From: Chrysomallon squamiferum
Taxonomy: Eukaryota; Animalia; Mollusca
Reading direction: 5' to 3'
Length of the DNA stretch: 64,000 nucleotides
NCBI GenBank assembly: GCA_012295275.1
Contig: CM022665.1
Span: forward strand, 26,164,001-26,228,000
Shown here: in pieces, positions 37,901 through 50,218 of the stretch
How positions within the stretch are numbered: position 1 is the stretch's first letter
Layout of the letters: the number at the start of each line of letters is the position of its first letter
The notes under the pieces: model-generated
Told to the model about the DNA's origin: nothing
The model's database searches: none
Seen by the model: the letters and a program-made list of their open reading frames with translations, nothing else
Made by a program: the position numbers and the translations under genes

Positions 37901-40060
37901 TATGCAAAATCACAAAATGTTGGATTAATTACAGCATGTTTTTTTGCAGCTAAATTTGAATTTAGTTTTTTTATAGTAAATTTTAATCGTAATGATTTTT
38001 TTTTTTTTTTTTTAATTAAAGTAACGATATTGCTTCAGAAATCAATAAAAGCCAAAAAAACAACAACAAAAACATTTCATTAAGAAAAGAAATGTGAATT
38101 TCTTGGACTTACTTTTAATTGGCTGTTAAGCAAGAATTAAGTTCAGGTGGAAAAATAAAAAACAAATTAAAAAACTAACAAAAAGCAGGCCCACAGAAAA
38201 ACGTGTGCTGTATACTTTTCTCTTATCAGGTATATTTATTGACAAAGTTGATACTGGCATTAAATTGTATTGTTCTAAGCAATTGTTAACAAAATATTAG
38301 TTATGTAAGGTTTTCACAAACCGTATTGTTTTTGTATCAACAAAAAAAAAACCAGTTTGTTAAAACTGAATGAATAAATGTTATGAAGTTAAACAACTGG
38401 ATAAAATACTATGTAACTAATAATTTGTTGCTTAATATGAACATTTTGAAATGAAAGATGAATAAATTATATTTACAAGGTTTTATTGTTTTTTATTCTC
38501 TTTGTATGGAATGATGCATTTACTATTTTTGGTTGTTTTTTGTTAATGTTTAGACCACTCCACTATCACTGAAAGTAGTTATCCATTGGTAACAATGTTG
38601 GCTAGAGGTGTTATAACGTAGAATCAGTAGTGTGTCACCAACAGATGCAGCAGGTTTTTTTAAACTATGTAAAAACTATGATTCATTACCATATTGTTAA
38701 ACATTCACTCACTAAAACACACATGACACTCATCCTTAAATTTATGGAGTGGAAATCATCATTACCGTTGATGTTTTGTTCAGGTTAAATTCTTTGTGTG
38801 GAGTTTAGAATGCATATTACATAGCTGTTTTGTTTTTCATTACTGAACATCAACATAACCAAATATAAGCATCATAATCCTTTTTCTCTTTAGATCATGA
38901 ATATATTTAAACATGAAAAATTTACTACATCAAAACATTGAACGATGATTCCAATACCAAATAAAATGAATTTATTTTTTTTTAGAAGGATAATAAAGAA
39001 GTCGTAAAAATATCATAAGAAAAGTTTTTGAAACCAATAAATAATATTTTTCAATATTAAATGGATTTATGATTGAAGTATCAAACAAAAGAAGCAAAAA
39101 TAAACTAATTTGAGTTGAAACATCTTTTATCATGCATACCTCTTTAGTATGTTAACTGAACAATACAAAATTTAAGCATGTATTCAAATATTCACTATGA
39201 CAACAAAAATTGTGAAGACACTTCATCTTGTTTGTCCATACATCATTTCATTTCAATAAACTGAAAATAGTAATTACTGGTTTACAAGATTACATTTATT
39301 TTAGCATTACATCCAATTTAATTTTCTTTTACCTTTTGTTGTTCACACACACACACACACACACTTTTTTGTTTTTAAATTTAATATGCTGAAAGTCAAT
39401 CCTTAATTTGTGTATTTCAGGCAGGAAAGATTTCAGTGTTATAAAAAGATATCCATTTCCATGAAATTTTTCCACTCATATTTGCAATGTCCCTCAAAAA
39501 GCAGTCTTTTAGTTAATATTTATGTTCATTTTGATATATAAACAAACGTTATAGTGTATATAATTTATAAATATTAACATTCCAAAACCACGCTTAATTT
39601 GACTAATTATTTTGTAATTACCTGTATGTTAAATGAAGAAATGGAAACAAAAATATGTTAATGCCATTTATCAAAGATACTGTAAGATACAAAGCATATG
39701 AACATTTCTAAAAAAAAAAAAACGTGTATTGAACAGTTAACAAGTAATTTTGTAACAATATTAATTATAAATGGAAACCATGTGAAGCTCAGATGAATTT
39801 TCATTAAATAACTGCACATTAAAAAGCTGTTGAGCAATAAAATCCTTTGAAAGTAATAATCAAATTAGTAGTTTCTCGAACCATTTATTTGCAATTCAAA
39901 ACATTCATAGAATGTGAAACTATAAACCATGAATAGTTGAAATGCAGAAAACTGTAGAAGACTGTACTAACTACAGTAAGATAACATTTGAAAAAGATTG
40001 GATAAAAAAAATAAAACAGGTTTCAAGTAAGGCATGATGAATGAGACTAGCACGGTCTTG

Positions 40061-42619
40061 TTACAATTCATCCTTTCTCTCTATCTTTATGAGTTCAACT
40101 TCAAAAATAAGAGTTGCTTTTCCTGCAAATAAAACAAAACCAATTCAGAAATAATTGTAATATCATATCTGCCTTGACTGTTTTAGTTGTTTATTATTCT
40201 TTGTTTCTTTGCTGATTTTTGGAGAGAGATAATTTCTATTAAATTATAAAAATCATAAAGGAAATTATTTATCTTTATCAACTTGATAATAATAAAAAAA
40301 AAAGTTCAATTATTATACATACTTAAATCTGGTTAATCATTTTCTTTATTCATTTGTTAATTCATTTACTTATTTATAGGTGGCGCTACAACTGCAATTT
40401 TTTTTATTTACCTGGAATTTTAGGGGGTGATCCTCTCTCTCCATAAGCCATATCATATGGTATGACTAGTTTTCTTTTCTCTCCCTCACACATCCTGCAA
40501 AAATCAGTACTATTTAAATATGTAAAAAGTGTTTACATATCTTAATATAAAAATATGGGAAAGAAACAAAGGGTAATTGTTTAAATGCAAATTAAATTCC
40601 TGTTAACACAGAAATACACAACTGCAGAAATTATCTTAAAAAAATCTAAAAAGAATTAAAAAAAAACAAAGAAAAAGCAAAGTTCCTATAACTGTTCACT
40701 TTTATTTGTCTACATATATGAATAATAATACAACTGAAAAAAAAAATTTGAAAAAGAAAGGTGAAACATGAATAATAAAAAACAACTAATCAAACTGAAC
40801 ACTTTTCAGAAGAATGAACAAGGAAAAAAAAAAAAATGTTTAGTTTTTGACAAGAACATTAAGAAAAAACAAATTACTTTTTCAGATAAATATTTCAGGT
40901 TTTTTTTCCAAAAAGGAAATCCATGATGAACCTCAGCTGTTTGGATAACATGGTTACAGATGGAGATGTTCATAAAAGGTATACTATAATATTAAGAATG
41001 TGGCCAAAATTAAAGATAACCATTTGTTAGAAAAAATAAACTAGTCCAGTGAAGATTTTTTATTTTTGCCGTGAGTCCCCTAAAAACTGGATATTCTGTA
41101 TTTATATTTTAATCTGAACTCAAATTACTTACATAAGAAGGCCTTGATCCCATCCTTTGATCACCTGACCAGCTCCTAATGTAAATACAAATGGTTCCTT
41201 TCTAGAGTAACTGCTATCAAATTCTGTCCCATCTTCTAGTTTTCCCTGAAATTGTAAAATTGTTAAATGATTTTCTTTGTTGTATCTTTAAACAAAACAA
41301 TTAACACACACACACACTTCTGAAATTGTAAGGTAAATTTTACTTCTTTTTTTACCTCAAATATTGATTACTGTAGCAGTAAAGACTATTATTCTAATAT
41401 GCTGTCTTTTGCACGTAAGCACAGTTTAATGATTTTGTACCCATAAGAGATATGAAAATAATTGCTTCAGCTGACTGGTTAACGGTTTAAGTATTTTAAG
41501 AATTTTTAAATTAAATGAAGCCAAAATAAATATCAAATGAACCTAATAAACAGGAAGAAAAAAATGTTTAATATTTTAATTTAGACATAATGAAGTTATT
41601 AAAATACTTTAATAGATGTTGTAAAAAGCAATTTTAATCATTAATTTTAAAAAGTTTTATAAAACAAATTTATTTTATTTTATCTGTTTGAAATATATGA
41701 CATAACACTGATAATTCAATCTGCCAAAACTATTATTTGTAAATTCTGGAGAAAACATTTTACATACCACTATAAATCACAAATAAAAAGCGAAGATGCT
41801 TTAAAATGTAGGAAACACTTTTTTTAATCACTGAATATTAAAATAACTTTCTCTTTTTTTTAATTTAAACTGAATATGAATTTTTGTGAATGTCAATAAT
41901 ATACTAAATAAAAGATGTGATCAAATTTTAAAATACCAATACTGAACCATTTATCCAGGTGTTTTCAAGTTTGTCAAGAATTGTATGAATTTGCATATAC
42001 AATGTATATGTATCTGTTAAATAAAATTCTCTTCTGTATTTTTCTTCATTTAATGTTCATCCTAGATGTTGTACAAGGTACAGGTGTTTTAAGGATTTTA
42101 AAGTGAATTAATAAAGCTCAAACTGACCCTGCTTTAGAAGTGTATTCATTTGTACTGGTACCTGTTAAAAGTTTCTTTCTTTATTTTTCATCCTTTCCCA
42201 AGCTTCCCAGATAAATGTATTACTTTAAATGCTAACATTTCACTGTGGTTACAGCTAAAGATTCATTTGGTTAATTGATACAACCTCAAAAGTGATGTAT
42301 TAAGTTTCATTTATAAAATATCGTGAGCCAAAGCATTATGATTAACAAATATTAGGAACAGAACAATAATAAAATAAAAATTATATTATCTAAGGTTTAT
42401 TTAAACTTTGAATATTTTTGAAAGGAACAATTTAATACTCACTGAATAATGCATATGCAGCGTGTCTCCCTTTTTCGATTTAATCTTGCATTTCTCTGGA
42501 TCCACTCTCTTCTTTATACCTATTTGTAACTTTTTCTTATCTTTATCTCCTTCACTTATAACCACCACTGCACACAAACACATTAGACCCACGGCATATT
42601 TCAACCATGAAGAACGCAT
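40061..42619 (-). CDS. FKBP2: ER peptidyl-prolyl isomerase FKBP2 (FKBP13)
   Basis: The exons are 42619-42443, 41245-41133, 40494-40412 and 40122-40061. The protein has a signal peptide, [67 protein letters not shown] and a C-terminal KDEL ER-retention signal. Confidence 0.96.
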
Positions 42620-42899
42620 CTTGATGCTCAGCAGTCTGCAACAAATTATTAATACATTTTAATTAATATAATGTGACGTGTATGCTCACGCTTGGATCAG
42701 ACTCCAGACTGACACTGTCACAGAACTAGCCTTTGTATTACATTTATTGCCGTAAATGAGATGACATATAGTTATTTTCAATGATATCATAAGACATTAA
42801 ATTATAACAATGCTTAGCTGGTGGTTAATAATAAATTAGAAATATTATAATAAACAAAATGAAACAAGTTTTTAAAATACAAGAATGAAATGATTGCAA

Positions 42900-43033
42900 A
42901 AGCAACTACAGGTCAAAGGACAATAACCGACCGGAAGCAGAGAAAAGTGAAGGTCAATCAACACAGACGCGTCGTTGGCGGAAAATAGTGATACAGTTAC
43001 TAATTTTAATCTGTGGTATCTAAAGGAATAACC
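42900..43033. promoter_or_regulatory. Compact bidirectional promoter shared by FKBP2 and SNRPD2
   Basis: The divergent start codons are only ~415 bp apart. There is a local CpG cluster with CCGGAAG (42931), GCGGAA (~42978) and a DR1-like AGGTCA-A-AGGACA (42910-42922). Confidence 0.65.
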
Positions 43034-46000
43034 ATGTCGTAAGTATTTTAAAGTTATGACTTACAGTAGATGGGTTACTTCATATGAATCTGTAATTAAT
43101 ATTTTGTTTATCTTTTCAAAATTTGTGCTACAAAATTTAAAAAAATGCACTCACTATAGTCTTATATATTAAACAGGGTGTCCACAAAGTCTGGGTACAT
43201 AAGTAAAATAAATAGGTTGTCTATTAGGGTGTCTAAGGTTGAATTCTTCTGCAACTTTGCGATAAGACCATCCTTCTCGTTCACTTAAGAGTACCAACTC
43301 GATTCTTTCTTCTTTAGACAGAGCCATCATTCGATCTGGGTAAGAAAAATAACATAAATAAATAACAGTAAAATTCCCCATGTACCCAGACTTAGTGGAC
43401 ACCCTGTAGTATCATACTAAATTATTATCGCTACCACATACTATCATAATGTCAGCATCCCATTGTAAGAGGGGTGTAGCATTTAATTGTATCCCCAATT
43501 TTGCAATTATAAAATAAAATCTGTCCATTAGTCGAAACACAGTGCAAAAATAAGTGAAATATTACTTATAATTTATAGTACTACAACCTACAGTAAGTCA
43601 GTAGCATGGACCAATAGGAACGATAATTCGTAACGGCAGTAAATTGTCTGCTGAAAAAATGGCTCCAGATTTCTCCAAGTTAATGAGTACAAACTACACC
43701 TGAATGTTCTTTCTGTTGGGTTCTGCCAACTAGAAAAGTTAATACATTAGCTAGGCACTTGGACATTTTTTTTTAAGTTGTCCAAAATGAACTGAAACTG
43801 CTATGGCTGAATACAGCCTGGTAAATTTGGCGTCCATATACATTTTAGCCTTAGCCAGAAGTTGCAGTTGTTCATCTGTGCCAAATATGTGTTGTTTAGT
43901 GTTATGTCCTTGCAAGGATATTCTGTGGAATATGCTCTTTATTCAGGGGGTCTTTCGGTCTCAGTTTCTGGCAATGTAGTCTATGAATTTGAGTGAGGGA
44001 CACAGTTCTTCATCTGGCAACTAATCACAGATAATATCTTGGATGATGGATTCAGCAGACTGGAAAGGGTTTTCATGTGCTTTTTCTTTGGCAAGACATG
44101 CAATTCTCCACCAAACTCGTGCACTGCGGTGGGGCACTGCATGTGCTTGTTGCAGACTGAGATTGCCATGTGATAGAAGCACTGTACTTTTTCTTGACTC
44201 TCTATGAATAACCAAGAGTGTCAGTTTATCTTTTCCATGGATAGATGTTTCATATACAACTTTGTACTGGACTTCATGAACAGCGGTGGGTACATCTGAT
44301 GGGGTGGGATCAATCAAAGATGATTCATCTAAATCAAACAGCAACTGATTAGAATGGGAAATGTCCATGGGTATAGGAGACATTTTGAGTTCAACCAGCC
44401 CAGCATCTTGTTCTTGGCAGACCTGACCTTAACATCAGTAAATCCCATGGTGGCATTGGGTGCTCTATGAAATTGATGGTCATACTAAGAACCCTTTCGC
44501 CCACAATGTTATGAACTGGAGCAATCTTCGTTGCCTTAATCATGTCCTGTATTAGGGATGATAGTTTTCCTTCCAACAGCTGCTTCAAAACATCATGGAA
44601 TTCCTTTGACTGGGACCTCTTCACCAATTGGCACCAGAACAGGGTTTTTATCTGGACACAGCTGTTGACCAAACATCTTCTTTGGTATCTAAAATAGCAT
44701 GGGGGGTGTTCCTTTAAGTATTACAGTCCATCAACACATTTCTTGAGATGTGGTACAGCCTCCAAGATGCTTATTTTATTTTTGTTCCATTATTTTTTTG
44801 CATGATCTGACATTTTAAAATCCTACAATCTGTTTTCAATTTTTTACTCGGTATCTTGCTTCCTCTCAAGAGCTTGCGTTAAAGCCCTTTTCTCGTGGTT
44901 AAAGATATGGCTATTGTCTAAATCACACAAAACGCTGGCTCACAGGTAAACTCTGGTATTTCCAAGTGCCTACATTAGTCTTATAACAAATTGCGATTTC
45001 AGTTCATTATGATGCATTTGCACAAAAATAATCCATTTTGAAAAAGTAGTTAGGAAAGGTGCAGTATCCTTTTATCAGTTTTGACACAGATAAGCAACAA
45101 TCTTGCATTGTGCAGAAATAATGTTTTTCTTGTTATTATTGACAGACATAATATATTATACATGATTAAAATATAAACATTAAATTCAGTATATATTGCA
45201 AGTTTTTGTTTGTTTCTAGTTAATACGTGTCTACTGTAACATTTTTACCTTAATTCTGTATGGGTTTTGACCCAGAATGTCTAAGTGAATTCTCACTGGT
45301 TGACATCCAAGAACAATAACTCCAAATAATTGGAAACAATGTATGGTGCACCTTCAATGTTTTTTTTTTTTTGCATTCAATCTTTTCATGGCCATGTTTA
45401 TATCACTAATCTAATTTGTTCATGCTGTAATTTTTCGTTTTCACTCAAACTACATACATTTTATTCCTCAGAATAATCTAGAATTGGTCATTCTGGGTGG
45501 CAAGGACAGTTAAAAATGGCTTGTCTCCTCAGTGACCTTAGAAAGGTATAATATTTCAAGTGAACCCAGTGGTTGCACTGAGGCACACAGTATTGCCCCC
45601 ACTTGACAAATTCAATAAATGGTATATTTTTCATTTCGATTGGTTGAAATCTGGAACAGACACAGCACAATTCGTCATATGAAATTGCATCACACTCATC
45701 AGTCTACCAAAACACTCACGAGATAGATGTGTGTAAACCAGATGGTCCTGCAATAACATCATCAGTGTGTATGTTTATATGGTGGTGTTAGCTTGGCAGG
45801 TCTTTGAGATTTCTTGGTGGCTGACACTGTACACACATTATCATCTTTATTGTTCACCACTTGTCTTGTACAGGACTGCAAGTCTTGGTGATGTATTTTT
45901 TTAATGACACTGTCATCTGTAATTGCTTTACTGCCACCAATTGCTGACAACAGTTTTCTTTTTTTTTGGTTTCTTTTGATTTGTCCAACAATTTGTTTTC

Positions 46001-46673
46001 CTTGTTTTTGAAGGTGTCTGCTGCAGTAGTTGTTTCTAGATCAAGTGGATCTAGTGCTTCTGTGGTTGTCACCATCAGAAGTATTTCTGTTGTTATCAAT
46101 GGTCTTCCCTAAATTCTGAAATAATAATAAATTTTTTATTATTTAAAATGATTTTATTTTATATACATGTATAAAACACTATGCTAACTCAGTATATAAA
46201 ACAATTACTATGGACTTCGTTTTCTTCTTTATTTTTATTTTATTATTATTTTACTAATACCCCCAAATGATGCATAACACACTTGAATAAATGATATTAA
46301 AAAGTAATATTCACTTAAGTCACTTGATCCTGGCTTAATACAATCATATGTACTAAAATGCAGAACCAAAATAAGAACTAACTGGTGACTCATTTGGGCT
46401 TCCATAAAAATAGATTGAATTGGGCATGGCCTAATTGCTTGATAGTGTTCTGTCAGCAGACAGCAATGTTTTGTGCAGTTTGTGAGTGAAATTCATTGTG
46501 AAACTTAAAGATGCGGGGTTGTTTGTGTATGGTTAAAAAGTGCCTTATGAAAAACTACTTTCGGGTATATGGTTATGTTAATTGTTTAATCTTACCGCAA
46601 AAAGGCGAATAGGAAGTATAGCTTTGTCTGGTATGTAAAAAATTCATAAACAAAATCTTCACCATGTGAGGTC

Positions 46674-46705
<32 letters not shown>

Positions 46706-48730
46706 GCACTAGTTACTTAATAAAGGTGTGTCAAAACATGCCAAGCAATATATACAGGAAAATAATTCTTCAGCATTTCAAGCAATAACAGGTAGGATGT
46801 TATGATGTGGCCATTTTAGTTATCATACAAAGTAATACATTCCACTGGTCAAATTCTGGTTTTTGGTTTTATGTCCTTTACAATTAAATTTAATGATTTT
46901 GCATTTCGTTTTTCAACTGGAATTAAGAAGAAAAACTCTTATTTCATGACATATACCCCCAGTGATAACCGGGGTGCAGGAGGAAATCTTTACACCTCAT
47001 ACATTTTTAAAAAACCATTGGTCCAGTCCATGCTAGTCTATTTACAGTAGGGACTAAGCCTCCTTTTTTATTTTTATTTTTTTCAGTTTGATTGAATATC
47101 ATTTTTAATGTCATTGCAAGTTAGGGCTTGGAAATCTATTTAAAATGATACTAGTGTGACAAAATATCTTAACTACACCCAAATTTGAAGAGTGAGTTAA
47201 TGGCCAGTTAATATAATAGAAATTCACATCAAGTTGAGCTGGTTTGGTAGATAGATGAGTTCATTCTGCCTGTTCACTTTTTAAAAATTCATTAAAGTAA
47301 TCTAAAATTTCAAGTAGGTATATTTGTAATCATTTTATTTTATTTTATTTTATTTTTTAGTTTATTCCAAGAATTAGATCAATAGTTGTTTGATTAAAAA
47401 CTAAAAAAAACCAACTTTCCTATCTTAATGGCATTGGATCAATATTTATGAGCTATTTCCTGATAGGGGTATTTAAACCTAAAAAGTTTTATGTGTCAGT
47501 TTGAGACTGTAGTTTCTTGATCTTAGTTGTATGTCTATCCTTCGTTACAGTCCTTAACAGGGAAAACAAAATCTAGATTTTGTTTTTTGTTGTTGTTTTT
47601 TTGCCTTCAGTTTCCTTGGAGGAAGAGGTTGCCAATGTGTTCAAAGAACAGAACCTGGTGTCATTCACTTAGACAGCTTTGGTCCTCTGGTCAGGGGTGT
47701 GTCTGTATCAAAGACTAGCTGTTGCTGATCTGGGAGCCAGAAGGTTTTGGCTGGCTTCCTCTGCTTATAATGACTCTGGGTTTCTAGGGCTAGAGGTCCA
47801 GCTGGGGTTCCTTTGGCTGTTGTCACTGTTTCCAACAGCAGAAATTTCTTCACTTCAATTCATGTTTAAATGCCATCAAAACACTGATCAAAGTTTGCAA
47901 ATACTAAATAAAATTTTGCTATGATACAGTCACAGCCAACAAGGTCTCACCTAATTATGATATTGATGCATCACTAAGCAGGAAATATGAACATGTGTTG
48001 CAAGCCACTGGATCAACCCATCATAGTGAAAAGCTATACACTATCTCTAGCCAGTCTACCAGCCTATAGGGGTGAAAGAGTTAAAACAGGTTTTCAGAAA
48101 CATTTTTTCGATAGTCACTTCTTAAATCTTATCCAAATGAAATTCAGCTTCTGCTCCACTTATATTCACATAACACTTTTAACATTTGTAAGTACTATTA
48201 TATTGTAATTCATTATCCATCCAACATTCTTCTTTGTGTTTTAGATACTTTCATAGTAAAATGCTTTGAACAGTTCATTTTTCTAATTTAATTTAATTTT
48301 TGTTTGTTTGTTTAGTGAACTAAAATTAAGTTGACCAATTGTCAACTCTTCACACTTCTCTCCATCACAAATTGTTGAATTTTCAACATCTATCATGTCA
48401 GTGGCTTGTCGATGATGGGTACACTACAAATTGTTCTGTCATTTTATAGTTTCATTAGAAGTCAGCTTTATTTCATAAACCTGTTTGAGTTTTGACTCTT
48501 AAATTAGCATGAACTAGTAGGAATGATAACTGATAATGGTGTAGCAGGAAATTACACCCCCTGTAAATCACAAACACCCACTTGTGATTTCTAGTACTAT
48601 ATAATGGTTATTTATCTAAATTCTTTAAAATAGTATGTTCTGTTAAACAAGGATGCCCATTGTCTGCTGTTTGATGTGTCATAGTTAGTGAACCATTGAA
48701 CATTTTATTAAAATTATTAATTTATTGTCA

Positions 48731-48798
<68 letters not shown>

Positions 48799-50218
48799 GC
48801 CTTGATGCAAAAGCCAAAGAGTGAAATGACTCCTGAAGAACTTGCAAAGAGAGAAGAGGAGGAATTCAACACAGGACCTCTCTCTGTACTAACACAGTCT
48901 GTGAAAAACAACACACAAGTCCTCATTAATTGTAGAAATAACAAAAAATTGTTGGCTCGAGTTAAAGCATTTGACAGGTTAGTGCAAACTAATTTTGACA
49001 TTTATAAATGTATGATGTTTTAATTGGTTGTGGGTAACTGAAATAAACTTTGTGACATTAATATTTCTAATTACAAACTTTTTTTGAAAATGTCTGATAA
49101 TCAGGATATGTTTTGTTTTACAAAATAATTTTCTCATACATTCAAAGTTTGATAGTTTATTCTGTGAGATAAGTTTATTTTTTTTTAAGAGATGTTTTAA
49201 ACTCGTTTTTAAATTTTATCAGTTTTTATCTCACTTTTCAATGAACATATGCAGGAAAGCCATTAGAATGCAATATTAAATACTTTAAAATAAAAAAAAG
49301 AAGGAAATCAGCATAAATATTATTTTGCCACGTCATGTTAAAAATGAAATTGAAAGAATTAATAAGGAATCTGAATTGTTAAAAGTATTTGAATAAAATA
49401 TTCATTTACTCATTGTCATTTGTTTGCTATAAAATTAATTACAATCATTTTTATTTAATAATTTTATAAATAACAGCATACCAAAGGAGATCGGCTTGTT
49501 TAACTTTCACAGAAAAAAAAGAGCTAAATGTATAAGTGTTGTCAGAATAAAGTCATTTTAAATATTTTAAGTTTATAATTAACTGCATGACTTTGTAAAA
49601 TAATTATAAACTAATCTTGCTTCAGAATTAATTTGTAAAATTAAAATATGTTTATAGAATTTGATGGTTTTCTTACTGACTTTTATCTTTTAATAATTTG
49701 TCTGTCATAATTAATGTATCATTTGAGAGCTATATATATATATATATTTAACAACACCCCAGCACAAAGATAAAACTGACTACTGGGTGTCATTCAAAGG
49801 TAAATAAAACATAATTGTTTTAAAATATATGGCTTCAGCAGTTAATATTTTATGCAGGTGTCTACTTTAAAAAAAATTAAACCAGTTGGCATAGAATTTT
49901 GGCAATTTGTGTTTCATGTATTATGGCAAGTTTCATTATTTATTATGGATATTGCTTTGGGCATTATCATAATGATAGATTTTAAAATAAAACTGGTCTG
50001 TCCATGTTCTACTGTATTTAACGTATTAGTTGTATGTTTTCAGGCACTGCAACATGGTGTTAGAAAATGTGAAAGAAATGTGGACTGAGGTACCCAAAAC
50101 AGGGAAAGGCAAGAAAAAATCAAAACCAGTGAATAAGGATAGATATATTTCAAAAATGTTCCTTCGTGGAGATTCAGTTATTATTGTTCTTAGAAATCCC
50201 TTGGCTAGTGGTAAATGA
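43034..50218 (+). CDS. SNRPD2: Small nuclear ribonucleoprotein Sm D2 (119 aa)
   Basis: Exons 43034-43038 (ATGTC|GTAAGT), 48798-48977 and 50044-50218 give [33 protein letters not shown]...[19 protein letters not shown]...[21 protein letters not shown]. Confidence 0.96.
43174..43406 (-). mobile_element. 233-bp internally deleted Tc1/mariner-type element retaining the transposase N-terminal HTH start
   Basis: The 27-bp TIRs CAGGGTGTCCAC(A/T)AAGTCTGGGTACAT at 43174-43200 and 43380-43406 differ by one mismatch. The right flank is TA and the left is AA. The minus-strand peptide [39 protein letters not shown] resembles DUF4817-like HTH starts of mariner-type transposases. Confidence 0.85.
43690..44383 (-). 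pseudogene. Decayed FLYWCH + MULE (Mutator-like) transposase fragment
   Basis: The frameshifted peptides [15 protein letters not shown]...[11 protein letters not shown]...H are FLYWCH-like. [11 protein letters not shown] and [24 protein letters not shown] match the MULE HLIFATxxQLxLLxxAKxWYxDxTF pattern. Confidence 0.7.
44385..45050 (-). pseudogene. Decayed C-terminal fragment of an unassigned DDE-like transposase
   Basis: [16 protein letters not shown], then a frameshift, then [29 protein letters not shown]. The HNxxxER motif resembles a catalytic-Glu region. The superfamily is not assigned. Confidence 0.45.
45488..46115 (-). pseudogene. Decayed pogo/Tigger-like transposase C-terminus with a PHD-like finger
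   Basis: [18 protein letters not shown]...AGPSG...[12 protein letters not shown]...[19 protein letters not shown]...IFNCP is broken by stops and frameshifts. It is preceded by a TTATTTCAG acceptor at ~46117. Confidence 0.6.
47610..48084 (-). mobile_element. Possible piggyBac-like remnant
   Basis: The minus strand begins TTAACTCTTTCACCCC at 48084, a TTAA plus piggyBac-like terminus. The interior is GC-richer and decayed coding-like (…NDTRFC…). The second end was not found. Confidence 0.3.
48733..48794 (+). repeat. Poly(T) tract of about 62 nt directly before the SNRPD2 exon-2 acceptor
   Basis: An uninterrupted T run is followed by AAG|AGCC. Confidence 0.9.

Larger units (their letters stand above)
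43576..47056 (-). mobile_element. ~3.5-kb element with imperfect terminal inverted repeats containing decayed transposase fragments
   Basis: The left end CCTACAGTAAGTCAGTAGCATGGACCAATAGG (43587-43618) matches the reverse complement of the right end, CCTACTGTAAATAGACTAGCATGGACTGGACCAATGG (47015-47051). All internal coding remnants are on the minus strand. Confidence 0.6.

Noticed and set aside
40923-40973. ATGATGA C-box-like motif and a ~50-nt imperfect hairpin in an FKBP2 intron (snoRNA or miRNA candidate); also TGATGA at ~30408
   Set aside because: The C box at 40923 is antisense to the host gene with no terminal D box, and the stem is short and bulged. The 30408 motif lacks a D box at snoRNA distance.
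43470-48562. AGGGGTGTA / TACACCCCCT as possible outer TIRs
   Set aside because: The match is only ~10 bp and has no target-site duplication.
49748-49795. ACACCCCAG...CTGGGTGT small hairpin in SNRPD2 intron 2
   Set aside because: It is probably the tail of a common dispersed repeat and is too short to call as an ncRNA.
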